DNA from: Acidobacterium sp.
GTDB taxonomy: Bacteria > Acidobacteriota > Vicinamibacteria > Vicinamibacterales > UBA2999
NCBI GenBank assembly: GCA_002737365.1
Contig: NSIL01000015.1
Span: 2,199-66,198 of the forward strand
Reading direction: 5' to 3'
Length of the DNA: 64,000 nt
Below the pieces are notes generated by a model. That model did not search any database. It worked only from the letters and a program-made list of their open reading frames with translations, and had not been told where the DNA came from. A program made the position numbers and the translations under genes. How positions within the stretch are numbered: the stretch's first letter is position 1; every line of letters begins with the position of its first letter. Shown one piece after another: positions 1-9,839 of the stretch.

Positions 1-333
1 GATGGTACTGATGGAGATGTCGCCGAAGGCGTCGCGGATCTCACGCCAGCGATCGCCGCTCAGGCTGCCGAGGCGATGGCGTTCGCGCAACGTCGCCATC
101 ACCCGCTGCCGCATCTCGGCGGCCGCCTTGCGGGTGAAGGTGATTGCCAGGATATTGCGGGGCGCGACGCCGACTTCGAGCAGGCGGACGTAGCGTTCCA
201 CGAGCACGCGCGTCTTGCCGGTGCCGGCCGAGGCCTCGAGCGCGACGTGGCGCGTCGGGTCGACCGCCAGGCGCCGGGCGCGATCGTCAGCGGTCTCTTC
301 GGGTTCGAACTGGAACCGCGACTGATCAGTCAT
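1..333 (-). CDS. addA: AddA/RexA-type UvrD helicase-nuclease, N-terminal part (runs off window start)
   Basis: Not in the ORF track. Manual translation from ATG at 333 gives [11 protein letters not shown]...[17 protein letters not shown]...[11 protein letters not shown] (UvrD motifs I and Ia). The start overlaps the addB stop. Confidence 0.88.
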   Translation of the reverse strand, partial: MTDQSRFQFEPEETADDRARRLAVDPTRHVALEASAGTGKTRVLVERYVRLLEVGVAPRNILAITFTRKAAAEMRQRVMATLRERHRLGSLSGDRWREIRDAFGDISISTI

Positions 334-3286
334 CGGCCGCCCCCGACTTGTCTGGCATGCCACCCGGGTGCCGGCAGACGGCCACGAACGCGCACATGGC
401 GCACAGGTTGCGGGTTTCCGGACGAGGTGGGTAGTGTCCGGCGGCAATGTCGTCGAGGGCCTGAACCAGGCGATGTTCCGCGGCGGTCACCAGTTCGTCG
501 AATGACTTGCCGCGCTCGTCGAGCGTCCTCACCGCCTGGGGACCCTCGAACGACAGGTACATCGCCTCGCTGGCCTTGAGGTCGTAGCCGCGCTCGGCCG
601 ACAGCCGCGTCCGGACGCCGGCGCTGTAGATCGGCAACTGCAAGGCAATGTGCCGATCGGGCACGTACTTGGTCTTGTAGTCGATCAGCCGGAAGGTGCC
701 ATCGGCCAGCACATCCACGCGATCGATCTTGGCGCGCAGGCGCACCAGGCGGCTGGCACCGTCCTCGCCCGTGAAGGCGAACTCGCCATCGAGCTCGTAC
801 TCCATCAGCCGCTCACGAATCTCGACGTCGCGCTCGGCCTCCATGGCGAAGACACGGTCGGCAATGCCTGACCCGACCGCCGATCCGAACAGCCGCGCCC
901 GTTCGAGTCCGGCCTCGGACGGCGACAGCGATGCCAGTGACGGCTCGCACACCTCGACAAACAGCTCGCGCGCCTCGGTCATGGTGGCGGCGGTAATGCG
1001 GCCCCGGCCGCGTGCCTGCCATTCGTGAAAGAACGTCTCAAACAGTTCGTGAAGGAAGCGGCCGCGGACGAGCGGCGACCTCATGTTCTGGTCTTCGGGT
1101 TCCTCGTCCACTTGCAGGACGTTGGCGACGTAGAACTGAAACGGGCACTTCAGGTACCGCTCCAGCCGGCTGACGCTGACCCGTGGTAGCACCCACGGTC
1201 CGGCCTCGCCCTCGAAGCGTGAGCGGTCGCGCTCGGCTCCGACCGCGCGCGCCCGCGCCCAGCGGGTCACGGCCGCACTCAAGTGCGGCCCGGCACTGTC
1301 CAGGAGGCTGCCCCCGCCGTTCGCCGCGGCGAGCGCTTCGTACGCGAAGACCTGCACCGACGGGTCCAGTGTCGACACTTCCCTGGACAGGCCGAACGCG
1401 GGCAGCTCGTCGAGAAATGCCGATGGTTCGACCACGGCATCCGACTCGAGCGCAAAGGTCGAGACGCGTACTCGCAGGCGCGGCGACAGCAGCAGGTCGC
1501 GAAACGACGCGCGCGCGAAGCGGACGAGGTCTCGCTCCTGATGAATGGCCACGCGGTCCGGCCGGGTAGGCTCGAGGTGCGCCAGCAGTGATTGCGGATA
1601 AAAGATGTTGCGACGCGGGCGTTCGGGCCACTCGCCTTCTACCAACCCCATCACCTGCAGATCGTCAAACTCCGCAAAACGAGCCGACGGCGCATCGACA
1701 ATCTGCAATCCGCCCTCGCCGGTGCGAAGCGCGAATGTCTGCGCCCCGAGCCAGCGGCGAATCGACGCTGACAGGTCGGCGATCGTGCCCGAGGCACCTG
1801 GGTCGTGGCGGCGATGGGCCTCACCGAGTCCGGCCAATGCCAGCATCACCGCGGCGCGCACGCGATCGCGCCGGTCGTTGCCGGGCTGCGGCCGATCGTG
1901 GCGATCGAGGAACGTTCGCAGCAGGTCCACCTGGTCGACCAGCGGCCGCGCCTCGCCGAGCGGCGCCAGCATCGTGGCCACGGCCAGAGCGGCGCGATAG
2001 GCCGGCCGCGCCTGCCCGCTGGCCGCCTCGTCCAGCGCGGACAGGCGGTCGAGACCACCGAGGTAGCGCTCGTCAGCGAGCGCGACGTCGAGTGCCGCGA
2101 TCGACCGGCCGTCGATCTCGACTTCGTCCGCCTCGAAACGAAAGTGCGGTGAGCGCAGCAATGCGACCAGCGCGCGGCGGGTGAAACCAGTGGCGGCGCA
2201 CTCCATCGCGACATCGACCGCTGCCGCATACGGCTCCGCGGCCAGCGGCAAGGTGTCGAGGGCTTCGAATGGCACACCGGCGCCGTGAAAGACATCGCGC
2301 GCCAGGTAGAGATACGGCAGCGGCCGCGCCACCACCAGTGCCGCCTTCTCCAGCGGTAACTGGCGGCCGGCGCGCCGATCGGCTTTCAAGCGACGGGCCA
2401 CGCCTTCCAGCTCTTCTTCGCGGTCGCGATACTCGAGCACGAACGGCAACTCGCCGGCGGCGCCCGCAGGGACGACGATCGCGGGAGGCGGCGCGAGGGG
2501 GGGCGAGTCAACCTCATCGAGGCCGACAAAGGCCAGCCGCAACCGATCGAGATAGCCGGCCTCGAGGGTACCGTCGGTGGCGATGATGTCGATGACCTCG
2601 AGTCCGCTGAGGCTGGTCAGCAACGCGACATCAGCGGGCCACAGGCCATCGGGATCCACCGGCCGATCGCCGACGGCAATGATCACACGCTTGAGCGGCG
2701 TCGCGGCGGCGCTCTCGATCAGGTGCTGCCGCGCGGCATGTTCGTCGAGGGCGCCGGCGGTGAGGAGCCGCGCCTCGTAGCCGCGAAATGTCGCGACCAG
2801 AAAATGCGTTTGCTCCAGAAGCTGGGCCGCACCTCGATCCGAGTCGGCGGCCGGTGCGAGCTCGCCGGTCAGCAGGCGATCGAAGTCGTCGATCGTGCGG
2901 TGCAACCGGCGCAGGTAGTCGTAAAGCGCCAGCATCTCGGCGACGAGCGACGGCCGCAGATGAAACGGCGGCGGCAAGCCCGCATCCTCAGCGTCGCGCG
3001 CGGCGGCGGCGACGAGCGCCTCGCGCTCGAAGCCCGACAGCATCCTCGCATCGGGCCGCAGTCGCGACAGCAGCCGATCGTGCAGGTCTGCCCGCGTGCC
3101 GATCGCGAGATCGACCGGATCGGTACCGAGCCTGGTGCGAAGCGTCCGGCGCAGTTGCTCGCCCGCCGCCTGCGTGGGGACCACGACGAAGGCGTCGCCG
3201 CCCTCGCGCGCGATCGCGGCCAGGTGCGCGCGAAAGCCAGCCAGGTCCGCCGCACGCAGCAGGCGGGTGCGTCGGGGCGTGATCAC
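326..3286 (-). CDS. addB: AddB/RexB-like PD-(D/E)xK nuclease subunit
   Basis: 986 aa. C-terminal [23 protein letters not shown]...LIDYKT, LQLPIY and CxxCxxxxxC (Fe-S staple). Directly upstream of addA. Confidence 0.88.
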   Translation of the reverse strand: MITPRRTRLLRAADLAGFRAHLAAIAREGGDAFVVVPTQAAGEQLRRTLRTRLGTDPVDLAIGTRADLHDRLLSRLRPDARMLSGFEREALVAAAARDAEDAGLPPPFHLRPSLVAEMLALYDYLRRLHRTIDDFDRLLTGELAPAADSDRGAAQLLEQTHFLVATFRGYEARLLTAGALDEHAARQHLIESAAATPLKRVIIAVGDRPVDPDGLWPADVALLTSLSGLEVIDIIATDGTLEAGYLDRLRLAFVGLDEVDSPPLAPPPAIVVPAGAAGELPFVLEYRDREEELEGVARRLKADRRAGRQLPLEKAALVVARPLPYLYLARDVFHGAGVPFEALDTLPLAAEPYAAAVDVAMECAATGFTRRALVALLRSPHFRFEADEVEIDGRSIAALDVALADERYLGGLDRLSALDEAASGQARPAYRAALAVATMLAPLGEARPLVDQVDLLRTFLDRHDRPQPGNDRRDRVRAAVMLALAGLGEAHRRHDPGASGTIADLSASIRRWLGAQTFALRTGEGGLQIVDAPSARFAEFDDLQVMGLVEGEWPERPRRNIFYPQSLLAHLEPTRPDRVAIHQERDLVRFARASFRDLLLSPRLRVRVSTFALESDAVVEPSAFLDELPAFGLSREVSTLDPSVQVFAYEALAAANGGGSLLDSAGPHLSAAVTRWARARAVGAERDRSRFEGEAGPWVLPRVSVSRLERYLKCPFQFYVANVLQVDEEPEDQNMRSPLVRGRFLHELFETFFHEWQARGRGRITAATMTEARELFVEVCEPSLASLSPSEAGLERARLFGSAVGSGIADRVFAMEAERDVEIRERLMEYELDGEFAFTGEDGASRLVRLRAKIDRVDVLADGTFRLIDYKTKYVPDRHIALQLPIYSAGVRTRLSAERGYDLKASEAMYLSFEGPQAVRTLDERGKSFDELVTAAEHRLVQALDDIAAGHYPPRPETRNLCAMCAFVAVCRHPGGMPDKSGAADD

Positions 3287-4020
3287 TTGGGGGTCGGAGG
3301 CGCCATGGCCGCGGTCAGATCGGCACGCCCACGCTGGGCAGTGTCGACGTTGTTGGCCGGCACCGATTCCGCGCGGAGGCGAAGTGCGGTCTCGGCCAGT
3401 CCCCAGGCGCTGCGCACCAGCGCGTGGCTGTTCACCAGTTCGGCGGGCGGCGTGACCTTGCCGATCCTGATGGCCGCTGCCGCCAGGCGTCGGGCGAGGG
3501 GCTTGATGGTGTGGAGCGGCGGACCCGACATGGTCTTGATCTGATCGAGGCTGACGGTCGCGTCGCGGAAGAGGTTGAACGAGCCGTTCATGGAGCGGCG
3601 GTACTTCCGGAAGAACTGGTCACGCTTCTCCCATTCCTTGCGGGCGTTGCGCGAGTCGCTGGCGCCGGCGGCCTGGGCGTCGACGGTGGCTAGTTCCGAG
3701 CTGAACTTGGTGAAGTCGGCCTCGCCGCGGGTATTGGCGTAGACGGCCGCGTGAACCGACTCGGTGTACTGCTCGGTCCGCGGCCAATCGACTCGCCCGG
3801 ACGGGATATTCACCAGGTGGAGCTCGACGGGATCGGCGGTCAGCCGGGCCGGAATGGAGAAAATGACCCGATCTTCGACGCGCGCCCACTCGCCATAGCT
3901 CGCCAGCACCCGGCCGTCCGACAGAAACACCCGGAACAGCACACGACTGGCCGGCGCCTGCGCCTGGGCCACAGACGGGCTGAGAAGAGCGGTGAGAAGC
4001 AGCGCCTGGTAGACGATCAC
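3283..4020 (-). CDS. secreted hypothetical protein, first gene of the addBA unit
   Basis: 245 aa with a signal-peptide-like N-terminus; stop overlaps the addB start. May carry an internal deletion near ELATVDAQ. Confidence 0.65.
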   Translation of the reverse strand: MIVYQALLLTALLSPSVAQAQAPASRVLFRVFLSDGRVLASYGEWARVEDRVIFSIPARLTADPVELHLVNIPSGRVDWPRTEQYTESVHAAVYANTRGEADFTKFSSELATVDAQAAGASDSRNARKEWEKRDQFFRKYRRSMNGSFNLFRDATVSLDQIKTMSGPPLHTIKPLARRLAAAAIRIGKVTPPAELVNSHALVRSAWGLAETALRLRAESVPANNVDTAQRGRADLTAAMAPPTPK

Positions 4021-4041
4021 GAGGGGCCTAGTTTATCGCCT

Positions 4042-4085
4042 TGTGGAAATCCTGTGGACGAACGGTCGAAAAACTGTGGACGACG
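4042..4085. promoter_or_regulatory. array of four 11-bp-phased DnaA-box-like direct repeats
   Basis: TGTGGAAAT (4042), TGTGGACGA (4053), GGTCGAAAA (4064), TGTGGACGA (4075), compared with the DnaA box TGTGGATAA. Confidence 0.5.
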
Positions 4086-4213
4086 CGACACCGAAAATAA
4101 ATGCGTGGCACTTATCCCTCTGATCCGGATGCCCAAATGTCTCACCCGGCCGCTTTCGCGCCCCGCTTCGCTTGATCCGTTCCGCGAACGACATACAATC
4201 GTCATCTCGCAAC

Positions 4214-4429
4214 GTGTCGATCCAACTTTTCGAAGAACATATCGCTGGTCGCACCTACCAGATTGAAGTTTCGCCGGTCTCGGCGGAGCGGTGGCGCGCG
4301 CAAATTGTCCGCCGGCCTGGGATGCAGACTTCGCTGATGCCCTTTTACGGCAAGACCCCTGAAGATGCGGCACGGGAGCTCGGCAAGTGGCTTGCTCTCG
4401 TTTCTGGCGCGGCCCCGGCCAAGACATAA
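4214..4429 (+). CDS. small conserved-looking hypothetical protein
   Basis: GTG at 4214 gives MSIQLFEEHIAGRTYQIEV...MPFYGKTPEDAARELGKWL. Protein-like composition; ends 10 nt before the asparaginase. Confidence 0.65.
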   Translation: MSIQLFEEHIAGRTYQIEVSPVSAERWRAQIVRRPGMQTSLMPFYGKTPEDAARELGKWLALVSGAAPAKT

Positions 4430-4439
4430 TCAGGCAACC

Positions 4440-5543
4440 ATGATCCGACTTGTCCTGCGTCCGACGTTACTGTTGGCGATGGCTGTGCTGTGCCTTAAGG
4501 TGGCCGGCCCGATGCCGATTCTCGCTCAGCAAGCAGCCACCCCCGCGCTGCCCCGCGTCCACTTCGTCGCCACCGGCGGCACCATCTCCAACCGCGATGG
4601 CGGCCGCCTGACGGCCGAAGAGCTGGCCAAGTCGATGCCGGGCGTCGACCGTTACGCGCGCCTAACGTTCGAGCAGTTTGCCAATGTCGCCAGCAGCGAG
4701 CTGACGCTGCAGCAGTGGCTGGGCCTCGCCAAACGGATCAACGAACTGTACGCCACCGACAAGGACATCGCCGGCGTCGTCGTGACGAGTGGCACCGACA
4801 CGCTGGAAGAGACGGCCTTCTTCCTGCACCTGACCGTGAGGGACCCTCGGCCGGTCGTGGTGGTGGGGTCGATGCGCAACCCCAGCACGCTGGGCTACGA
4901 GGGCGCCGCCAACCTGCTCGAGGGTGTCCGGGTCGCGGCCGACCCCGCCGCGCGCAACAAGGGCGCGCTGGTGGTGTTGAACGACGAGATCAACTCGGCC
5001 CGCAACGTGACCAAGACCGACGCGCTGCGCCTGCAAACGTTTCGCAGCGGCGAGTATGGCCAGTTGGGCGTGGTGGATCGCGATCGCGTCGTGTTCTTCA
5101 GCCAGATCACGCAGCGCACCAACGAACGCATCGAGTTCGACGTGGCGAAGGTGACCGAGCTGCCGCGCGTGGACGTCATCATGGTTTATCAGGGTGCCCC
5201 AGGCGACCTGATCAAGGCGGCCGTCGACAACGGCGCCAAGGGCATTGTCATTGCCGTGGCCGGTGCTGGCGCGACCAGCGGCACACAGAACGAGGGCCTG
5301 GCCTACGCCGCCGAGAGGGGCATCTTCGTGGTCAACAGCACGCGCACCGGCAGTGGCCGCATTGCCCCGCCGCGCGGCGACGTCCCCGCCGGCGCGTCAG
5401 TGAACGAGGCGCAGCGGCGCCGCCGCCAGTTCAGCATTGCCGGCGAGGACCACACGCCGGTCAAGGCGCGCATCCTGCTGATGATGGCGCTGACGAAGAC
5501 CGCCGACCGCAACGAGATCCAGCGGATTTTTAGCGAGTACTAA
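4440..5543 (+). CDS. secreted L-asparaginase (type II-like)
   Basis: ATGGTIS and SGTDTLEET catalytic Thr motifs, VGSMR, signal peptide. Confidence 0.92.
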   Translation: MIRLVLRPTLLLAMAVLCLKVAGPMPILAQQAATPALPRVHFVATGGTISNRDGGRLTAEELAKSMPGVDRYARLTFEQFANVASSELTLQQWLGLAKRINELYATDKDIAGVVVTSGTDTLEETAFFLHLTVRDPRPVVVVGSMRNPSTLGYEGAANLLEGVRVAADPAARNKGALVVLNDEINSARNVTKTDALRLQTFRSGEYGQLGVVDRDRVVFFSQITQRTNERIEFDVAKVTELPRVDVIMVYQGAPGDLIKAAVDNGAKGIVIAVAGAGATSGTQNEGLAYAAERGIFVVNSTRTGSGRIAPPRGDVPAGASVNEAQRRRRQFSIAGEDHTPVKARILLMMALTKTADRNEIQRIFSEY

Positions 5544-5571
5544 AAGGGACCTGCTCCCCTTTTTCAGCCCT

Positions 5572-5850
5572 TCAGGAACGGGCGCAATTCGGCCAGGACG
5601 TCGGCCGGCCCATCGGACCCTTCAGTCCCCACAGCGTCATCAGCGGACAGGCGATCTTCTTCGCCAGGTCGGCTTCGTCGTGCTTGAGATCGATCGACGC
5701 ACCGGCGCGATAGTCCTCGCACATCGTGTGGATGTTCTCGGGCAGGCTCGAGGTGCGCAGGTACTCAATCTGGACTTCGAAGCCGAAACTCTTCATCACC
5801 TCGATCTGGTCGAGGGCCATGGCACGCGTAGCGTAGTTGACCGCATCCAT
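5572..5850 (-). pseudogene. haloacetate dehalogenase-like alpha/beta hydrolase remnant
   Basis: NYATRAMALDQIEVMKSFGFE is joined directly to EYLR...IHTMCEDYRAGASIDL...IACPLMTLWG. The nucleophile region (GHDRG) and both termini are missing. Confidence 0.7.
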
Positions 5851-5881
5851 CGGCGCATTCTAGCGCCAGTTCCGGTCGGCA

Positions 5882-6724
5882 TCACTCAGACTTCGCCGCA
5901 TCCAGCCGGTCCTTGATCGCGGCAAAGGCCGGCGTGGGTCCCTGGTATTCCAGTTCATCGACCAACTCGAAGACCGGCACATCGAGGCGAATGGTGGCGA
6001 TCTTGCGGAACAACAGCGCCTGCTCGCGTTCCCGCTTCAGCGTGGCCGACAACGCACCCGCTCTCACGTTGACGTCCCAGGTCGTCCCATCATCCGGAAT
6101 GTTCTCGATGTGGCCGTACTTCGCCAGCACTCGCGCCGCTGACTTCGCGCCCCAGCCCTGCAGACCCGGATAACCATCGGCGGTGTCGCCGACGAGGGCC
6201 AGGTAATCGGGAATCGACGAGGGTGGCACGCCGAACTTGGCGATGACGCCGGCCTCATCCCGCGTCGTGCGGCGCAGGCGATCCTCCTGGACAATGCGCG
6301 AGCCCTGGACGCACTGGGCCAGGTCTTTATCGGGCGTGCAAATGCGCACCTGCGTCACGCGCGGATCCGCCGCCGCCTTCACCGCCGCCGCGCCGAGCGC
6401 ATCGTCGGCTTCGAACTCGACCATCGGCCACACGCGGACGCCGTACGCCGTGAGCGCCTCTTCGAGCAGAGGAAACTGCGCCCACAGTTCCGGCTCAATG
6501 CCCTCGCCAGTCTTGTAGCCCGGATAGAGATCGTTGCGAAACGACTCGATCACGTGATCGGTGGCGACACCGACGTGAGTAGCCCCGCCGTTAACGAGGC
6601 CGCGAATGGAGGCGACGACGCCGCGGACGGCACCCACTTCCATGCCGCCGCGATCCTTGGCGGGCGGGACGGCATAGTAGTGGCGGAACAACTCGAACGT
6701 GCCGTCGATGAGGTGGACAATCAT
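5882..6724 (-). CDS. stand-alone 5'-3' exonuclease / flap endonuclease
   Basis: MIVHLIDG, FRNDLYPGYK, EADD, TPDKDLAQ, LVGDTADGYPG (H3TH). No polymerase domain. Confidence 0.92.
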   Translation of the reverse strand: MIVHLIDGTFELFRHYYAVPPAKDRGGMEVGAVRGVVASIRGLVNGGATHVGVATDHVIESFRNDLYPGYKTGEGIEPELWAQFPLLEEALTAYGVRVWPMVEFEADDALGAAAVKAAADPRVTQVRICTPDKDLAQCVQGSRIVQEDRLRRTTRDEAGVIAKFGVPPSSIPDYLALVGDTADGYPGLQGWGAKSAARVLAKYGHIENIPDDGTTWDVNVRAGALSATLKREREQALLFRKIATIRLDVPVFELVDELEYQGPTPAFAAIKDRLDAAKSE

Positions 6725-6757
6725 GAGGCGAACGCGGCCCATTGTAGTATCAGCGCG

Positions 6758-7354
6758 ATGATTCGACTGTTCGCCGCGCTGGTGATCGCAATCGCGACGA
6801 CTGCCGGGTGTACCGCGCCCGCCGCAACAGCGGCACCGGCACCGGCCGCCACCAACATCGCGGAGGTGACTGGCACCGTGGCGCCGGGGGCCGTGGTGTC
6901 GTTACTCCCGGCTGGCATCCAAGTACCGATGCCCGAGGGTCCCGCCGTCATGGACCAGTACGCCAAGCAGTTCGTGCCGGGTACGCTATACGTCCGGGTG
7001 GGCCAGCCGGTGGAGTTTCGCAACACCGACGCCCTCGGTCACAACGTCAACGCGCATCGGCGCGGCACCGGCGCCACCATGTTTGACGTCGAGACTGATC
7101 CACAGCAGAAGTACGTCCACACCTTCGACCGCGTCGGGCAGTACGACGTGACGTGCAACGAGCACCCGGGCATGCAGGCGACGCTGGTTGCGGCCGATGG
7201 ACCGCTGGCAACCATGAGCGACGACCGCGGACAATTTGTGTTGAGCGGCGTCCCACCCGGCGCGTATCGCCTGTTGGTGACGTTCGAGGGACAAACAGTG
7301 GAACAGGCGGTGACCGTGACCGGCCCGCGCACCGAGGTGCGGGTCGCGCCTTAG
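6758..7354 (+). CDS. lipoprotein with cupredoxin (type-1 Cu) domain and carboxypeptidase-regulatory-like domain
   Basis: Lipobox-like TAGC; HNV...CNEHPGM copper ligands; C-terminal SDDRGQFVLSGVPPGAY. Confidence 0.78.
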   Translation: MIRLFAALVIAIATTAGCTAPAATAAPAPAATNIAEVTGTVAPGAVVSLLPAGIQVPMPEGPAVMDQYAKQFVPGTLYVRVGQPVEFRNTDALGHNVNAHRRGTGATMFDVETDPQQKYVHTFDRVGQYDVTCNEHPGMQATLVAADGPLATMSDDRGQFVLSGVPPGAYRLLVTFEGQTVEQAVTVTGPRTEVRVAP

Positions 7355-7752
7355 GCCCTGGACTGGGGACTGTGGAGCTTCAGCAGAGTGACGAGATCGC
7401 GGTGCGCGAGCACCGCCTCGGGCAGCTCCTGAAGCGCGGCCTGGTAGCGGACTGAATAGGCGCTGCCGGCCACCGGCGCCGCCAGTTCGCGTGCCGGCGC
7501 GAGCAAGGGGGCCATCGCCGGCGACTCGGGCGGCTTGGCGGCCAGGGCTTCGTCAATGGCGACGATCAGGCCCGACATGGGGCGAAGCCAGGCGAAGGCT
7601 TTGTCATTGAAGATGAATTGCAGCAACTGGGTGGCAGGCATGGGTCCGCGATCCTGTTCGAATTCAGCCCGTTGCCAGTCGAGCAGCGTCTTGTGCAGGT
7701 GCAGCAGGGCGGTCCGGAGTTCGCGGAGCAGGGTGCGGTCGGCGTCGTTCAC
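7351..7752 (-). CDS. hypothetical helical protein
   Basis: 133 aa with LLHLHKTLLD and FAWLRPMS; coding-like codon usage. Confidence 0.7.
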   Translation of the reverse strand: MNDADRTLLRELRTALLHLHKTLLDWQRAEFEQDRGPMPATQLLQFIFNDKAFAWLRPMSGLIVAIDEALAAKPPESPAMAPLLAPARELAAPVAGSAYSVRYQAALQELPEAVLAHRDLVTLLKLHSPQSRA

Positions 7753-7819
7753 GAAAAATTCCCCGCTAATCTTAGCAGCGAACAGGTGGCCTCACGTCGT
7801 ATGATGGAGTTACTGTTGT

Positions 7820-8767
7820 ATGACATTACCAAGCCTGAACTTCCTCTCGTTCGAGAGCCGCAAAACTAACTCGTTGTCGCTGCCGATGTTCACGGTCTTT
7901 ATCGCCCTGCATCCACTGGCGGCATTCCTGATTGCCCGGACGTTTTTCCGCACGACGTGGGACGCCCAGATATCCGCCGGCCCGGTGGCCATCGTCCTGA
8001 CCACGCTGGCCTGCGGCCTGGTGTTTTGCTTCGGTGAGTATTTTTTTCACCGCTACCTGCTGCACGCCAACTCGGTGAGCTTTCTCGGCAAGCTCAGTTT
8101 CAGTCACCTCGCGCATCACAAGCTCACGTCGATCGCCATCATCGATGACAAGGTGAGAAGCACCTATCCCATTGAGGACGTCGAACACGACAAGTTCGCG
8201 ACGTTCCCACCCTATGCGTTACTGGCGTTCATGGGGTTCTGGACGATCTTTTTCCTGCCCGCCGCGTTCTCGTTTCCCACCTTCCCGATCTTGATCGGCG
8301 GCTACATCGCGATCAGCATGGCGCACTACCTGTACGAGACCATTCACGTCGCGCACCACACTTCGTACGACCCGTGGTGGAAGCGCAAGATCGAGGGTCC
8401 GCTGTTCGGGACGATGTGGCGTAAATTGTATGGGTTTCATCAGGCGCACCACGCCAACTACAAGTGCAACATGAACATTGCCGGGTTCTACGGGATCCCG
8501 CTGGCGGATCTGGTGCTCGGCACCTACGTGCAGCCCGAGGTCTTGTTGCTGGACGGCGTGCCCGCAAAGAAATCGCTGGCCGTCAATCTGGGAGCGACGC
8601 CGCCCTGGCCGGTGTCGGCGCTCGACGAGGCCAACCTCAAGCGCCGCCGCCGCATGGCGAAGGAACAGACGGAACGCGCCGCCAAGCGCAAGGCCGCCGA
8701 CCAGGACATGCAGTCGAACACGGCGCGCGCGGTGGTTGATCCGGCCGGCCCAGCCGAGTTACGATAG
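7820..8767 (+). CDS. fatty acid hydroxylase / sterol desaturase superfamily membrane protein
   Basis: His boxes FHRYLLH, HLAHH, IHVAHH and FHQAHH, plus TM segments. Confidence 0.85.
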   Translation: MTLPSLNFLSFESRKTNSLSLPMFTVFIALHPLAAFLIARTFFRTTWDAQISAGPVAIVLTTLACGLVFCFGEYFFHRYLLHANSVSFLGKLSFSHLAHHKLTSIAIIDDKVRSTYPIEDVEHDKFATFPPYALLAFMGFWTIFFLPAAFSFPTFPILIGGYIAISMAHYLYETIHVAHHTSYDPWWKRKIEGPLFGTMWRKLYGFHQAHHANYKCNMNIAGFYGIPLADLVLGTYVQPEVLLLDGVPAKKSLAVNLGATPPWPVSALDEANLKRRRRMAKEQTERAAKRKAADQDMQSNTARAVVDPAGPAELR

Positions 8768-8780
8768 CAGCTTCCCTTGG

Positions 8781-8856
8781 GGGCCTGTAGCGCAGTTGGG
8801 AGCGCGCATCAATGGCATTGATGAGGTCACCGGTTCGATCCCGGTCAGGTCCACCA
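8781..8856 (+). tRNA. tRNA-Ala (GGC)
   Basis: Acceptor GGGCCTG/CAGGTCC with G3:U70; anticodon arm CATCA-ATGGCAT-TGATG; GGTTCGATC T-loop; encoded CCA. Confidence 0.97.
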
Positions 8857-8950
8857 TTCGACTCGCCTGTCAGCCCGCCTTCCTGGCGGGCCGAAGGCTC
8901 GCCCATGGCGGGCCACCCACCACGTCGAATGTCCTGAGCGAACTAGCGCG
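8857..8950. repeat. degenerate REP-like palindromic element after tRNA-Ala
   Basis: TTCGACTCG...GCCCGCC-TTCCT-GGCGGGC hairpin...GTCGAATGTCCTGAGCGAAC. Related to GCCCAGAGCGGAGTCGAGGG at 33962. Confidence 0.5.
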
Positions 8951-8959
8951 CGCGTCCTG

Positions 8960-9835
8960 TTGAGCGGTGCCGTGATCGCCGCCGTCAAAGACGGCGACAC
9001 CGTCCGGACACGGACCTTTGACAACGATCGCGACGCCAAGGCGACGCGCTTCGGCGTCGGTGGCAACCCGTCCACCGGTCCCTTCTACGTCGAAGGCGCG
9101 CTGCCGGGCGACACGCTCGTCGTGAGGCTCAACAAGGTCCGCGCCAACAAGAAGACCGCGCGCCAGGGCGGCCGCATCCACGCGCGCGCGATCAACGCCG
9201 GCTACCTGGTCGGCGCGAAGTACGACCCCGCCGTCACCGGCGAGTGGACGCTCGACATGGAGAAGGGCGTCGCGACGCTGGCCAATCCGACCGGCAGCCT
9301 GAAGGGCTTCACCGTCCCGATCAAGACCATGCGAGGCTGCGTGTCGGTGGCGCCCCCCGGGATGGATCAACTGCGCGGCACCGACCTCGGCGTCTTCGGC
9401 GGCAACCTCGACTACAACGACAACGTCGAAGGCACCACGCTCTACTTCCCGGTCTTCCACGCCGGCGCGCTGTTCGGGATTGGCGATGCGCACGCGGCAC
9501 AGGGCGACGGCGAACTCACCGGCTCGGCGCTCGAGACCTCGGCCGATGTCGAGTTCACGGTTGACGTGATCAAGGGCGACATCTACCAGCAGGTCCGCGC
9601 GGAAACGAAAGACTTCCTGATCGCCTTCGGCGTGTCGGGATCGGTCCACGAATCAATCCAGGCCTCGACCACCCCGCTCGTGGAGTGGCTGAAGAAGAAC
9701 TACCAGATGACCGACAGCGAGGTCGCGCTGTTGGTCGGCGCGGTGATGCAATACGACATCGCCGAACTCGTCGATCCCCACATCAACGTCGTCGCCAAGG
9801 TGCCCAAGGCGGCGCTGGCGCACCTCAAGAAGTAG
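8960..9835 (+). CDS. acetamidase/formamidase family protein (N-terminus possibly truncated)
   Basis: TGPFYVEGALPGDTL, FGGNLD, GDAHAAQGDGE motifs. TTG start without a clear RBS. Confidence 0.8.
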   Translation: MSGAVIAAVKDGDTVRTRTFDNDRDAKATRFGVGGNPSTGPFYVEGALPGDTLVVRLNKVRANKKTARQGGRIHARAINAGYLVGAKYDPAVTGEWTLDMEKGVATLANPTGSLKGFTVPIKTMRGCVSVAPPGMDQLRGTDLGVFGGNLDYNDNVEGTTLYFPVFHAGALFGIGDAHAAQGDGELTGSALETSADVEFTVDVIKGDIYQQVRAETKDFLIAFGVSGSVHESIQASTTPLVEWLKKNYQMTDSEVALLVGAVMQYDIAELVDPHINVVAKVPKAALAHLKK

Positions 9836-9839
9836 CGCC

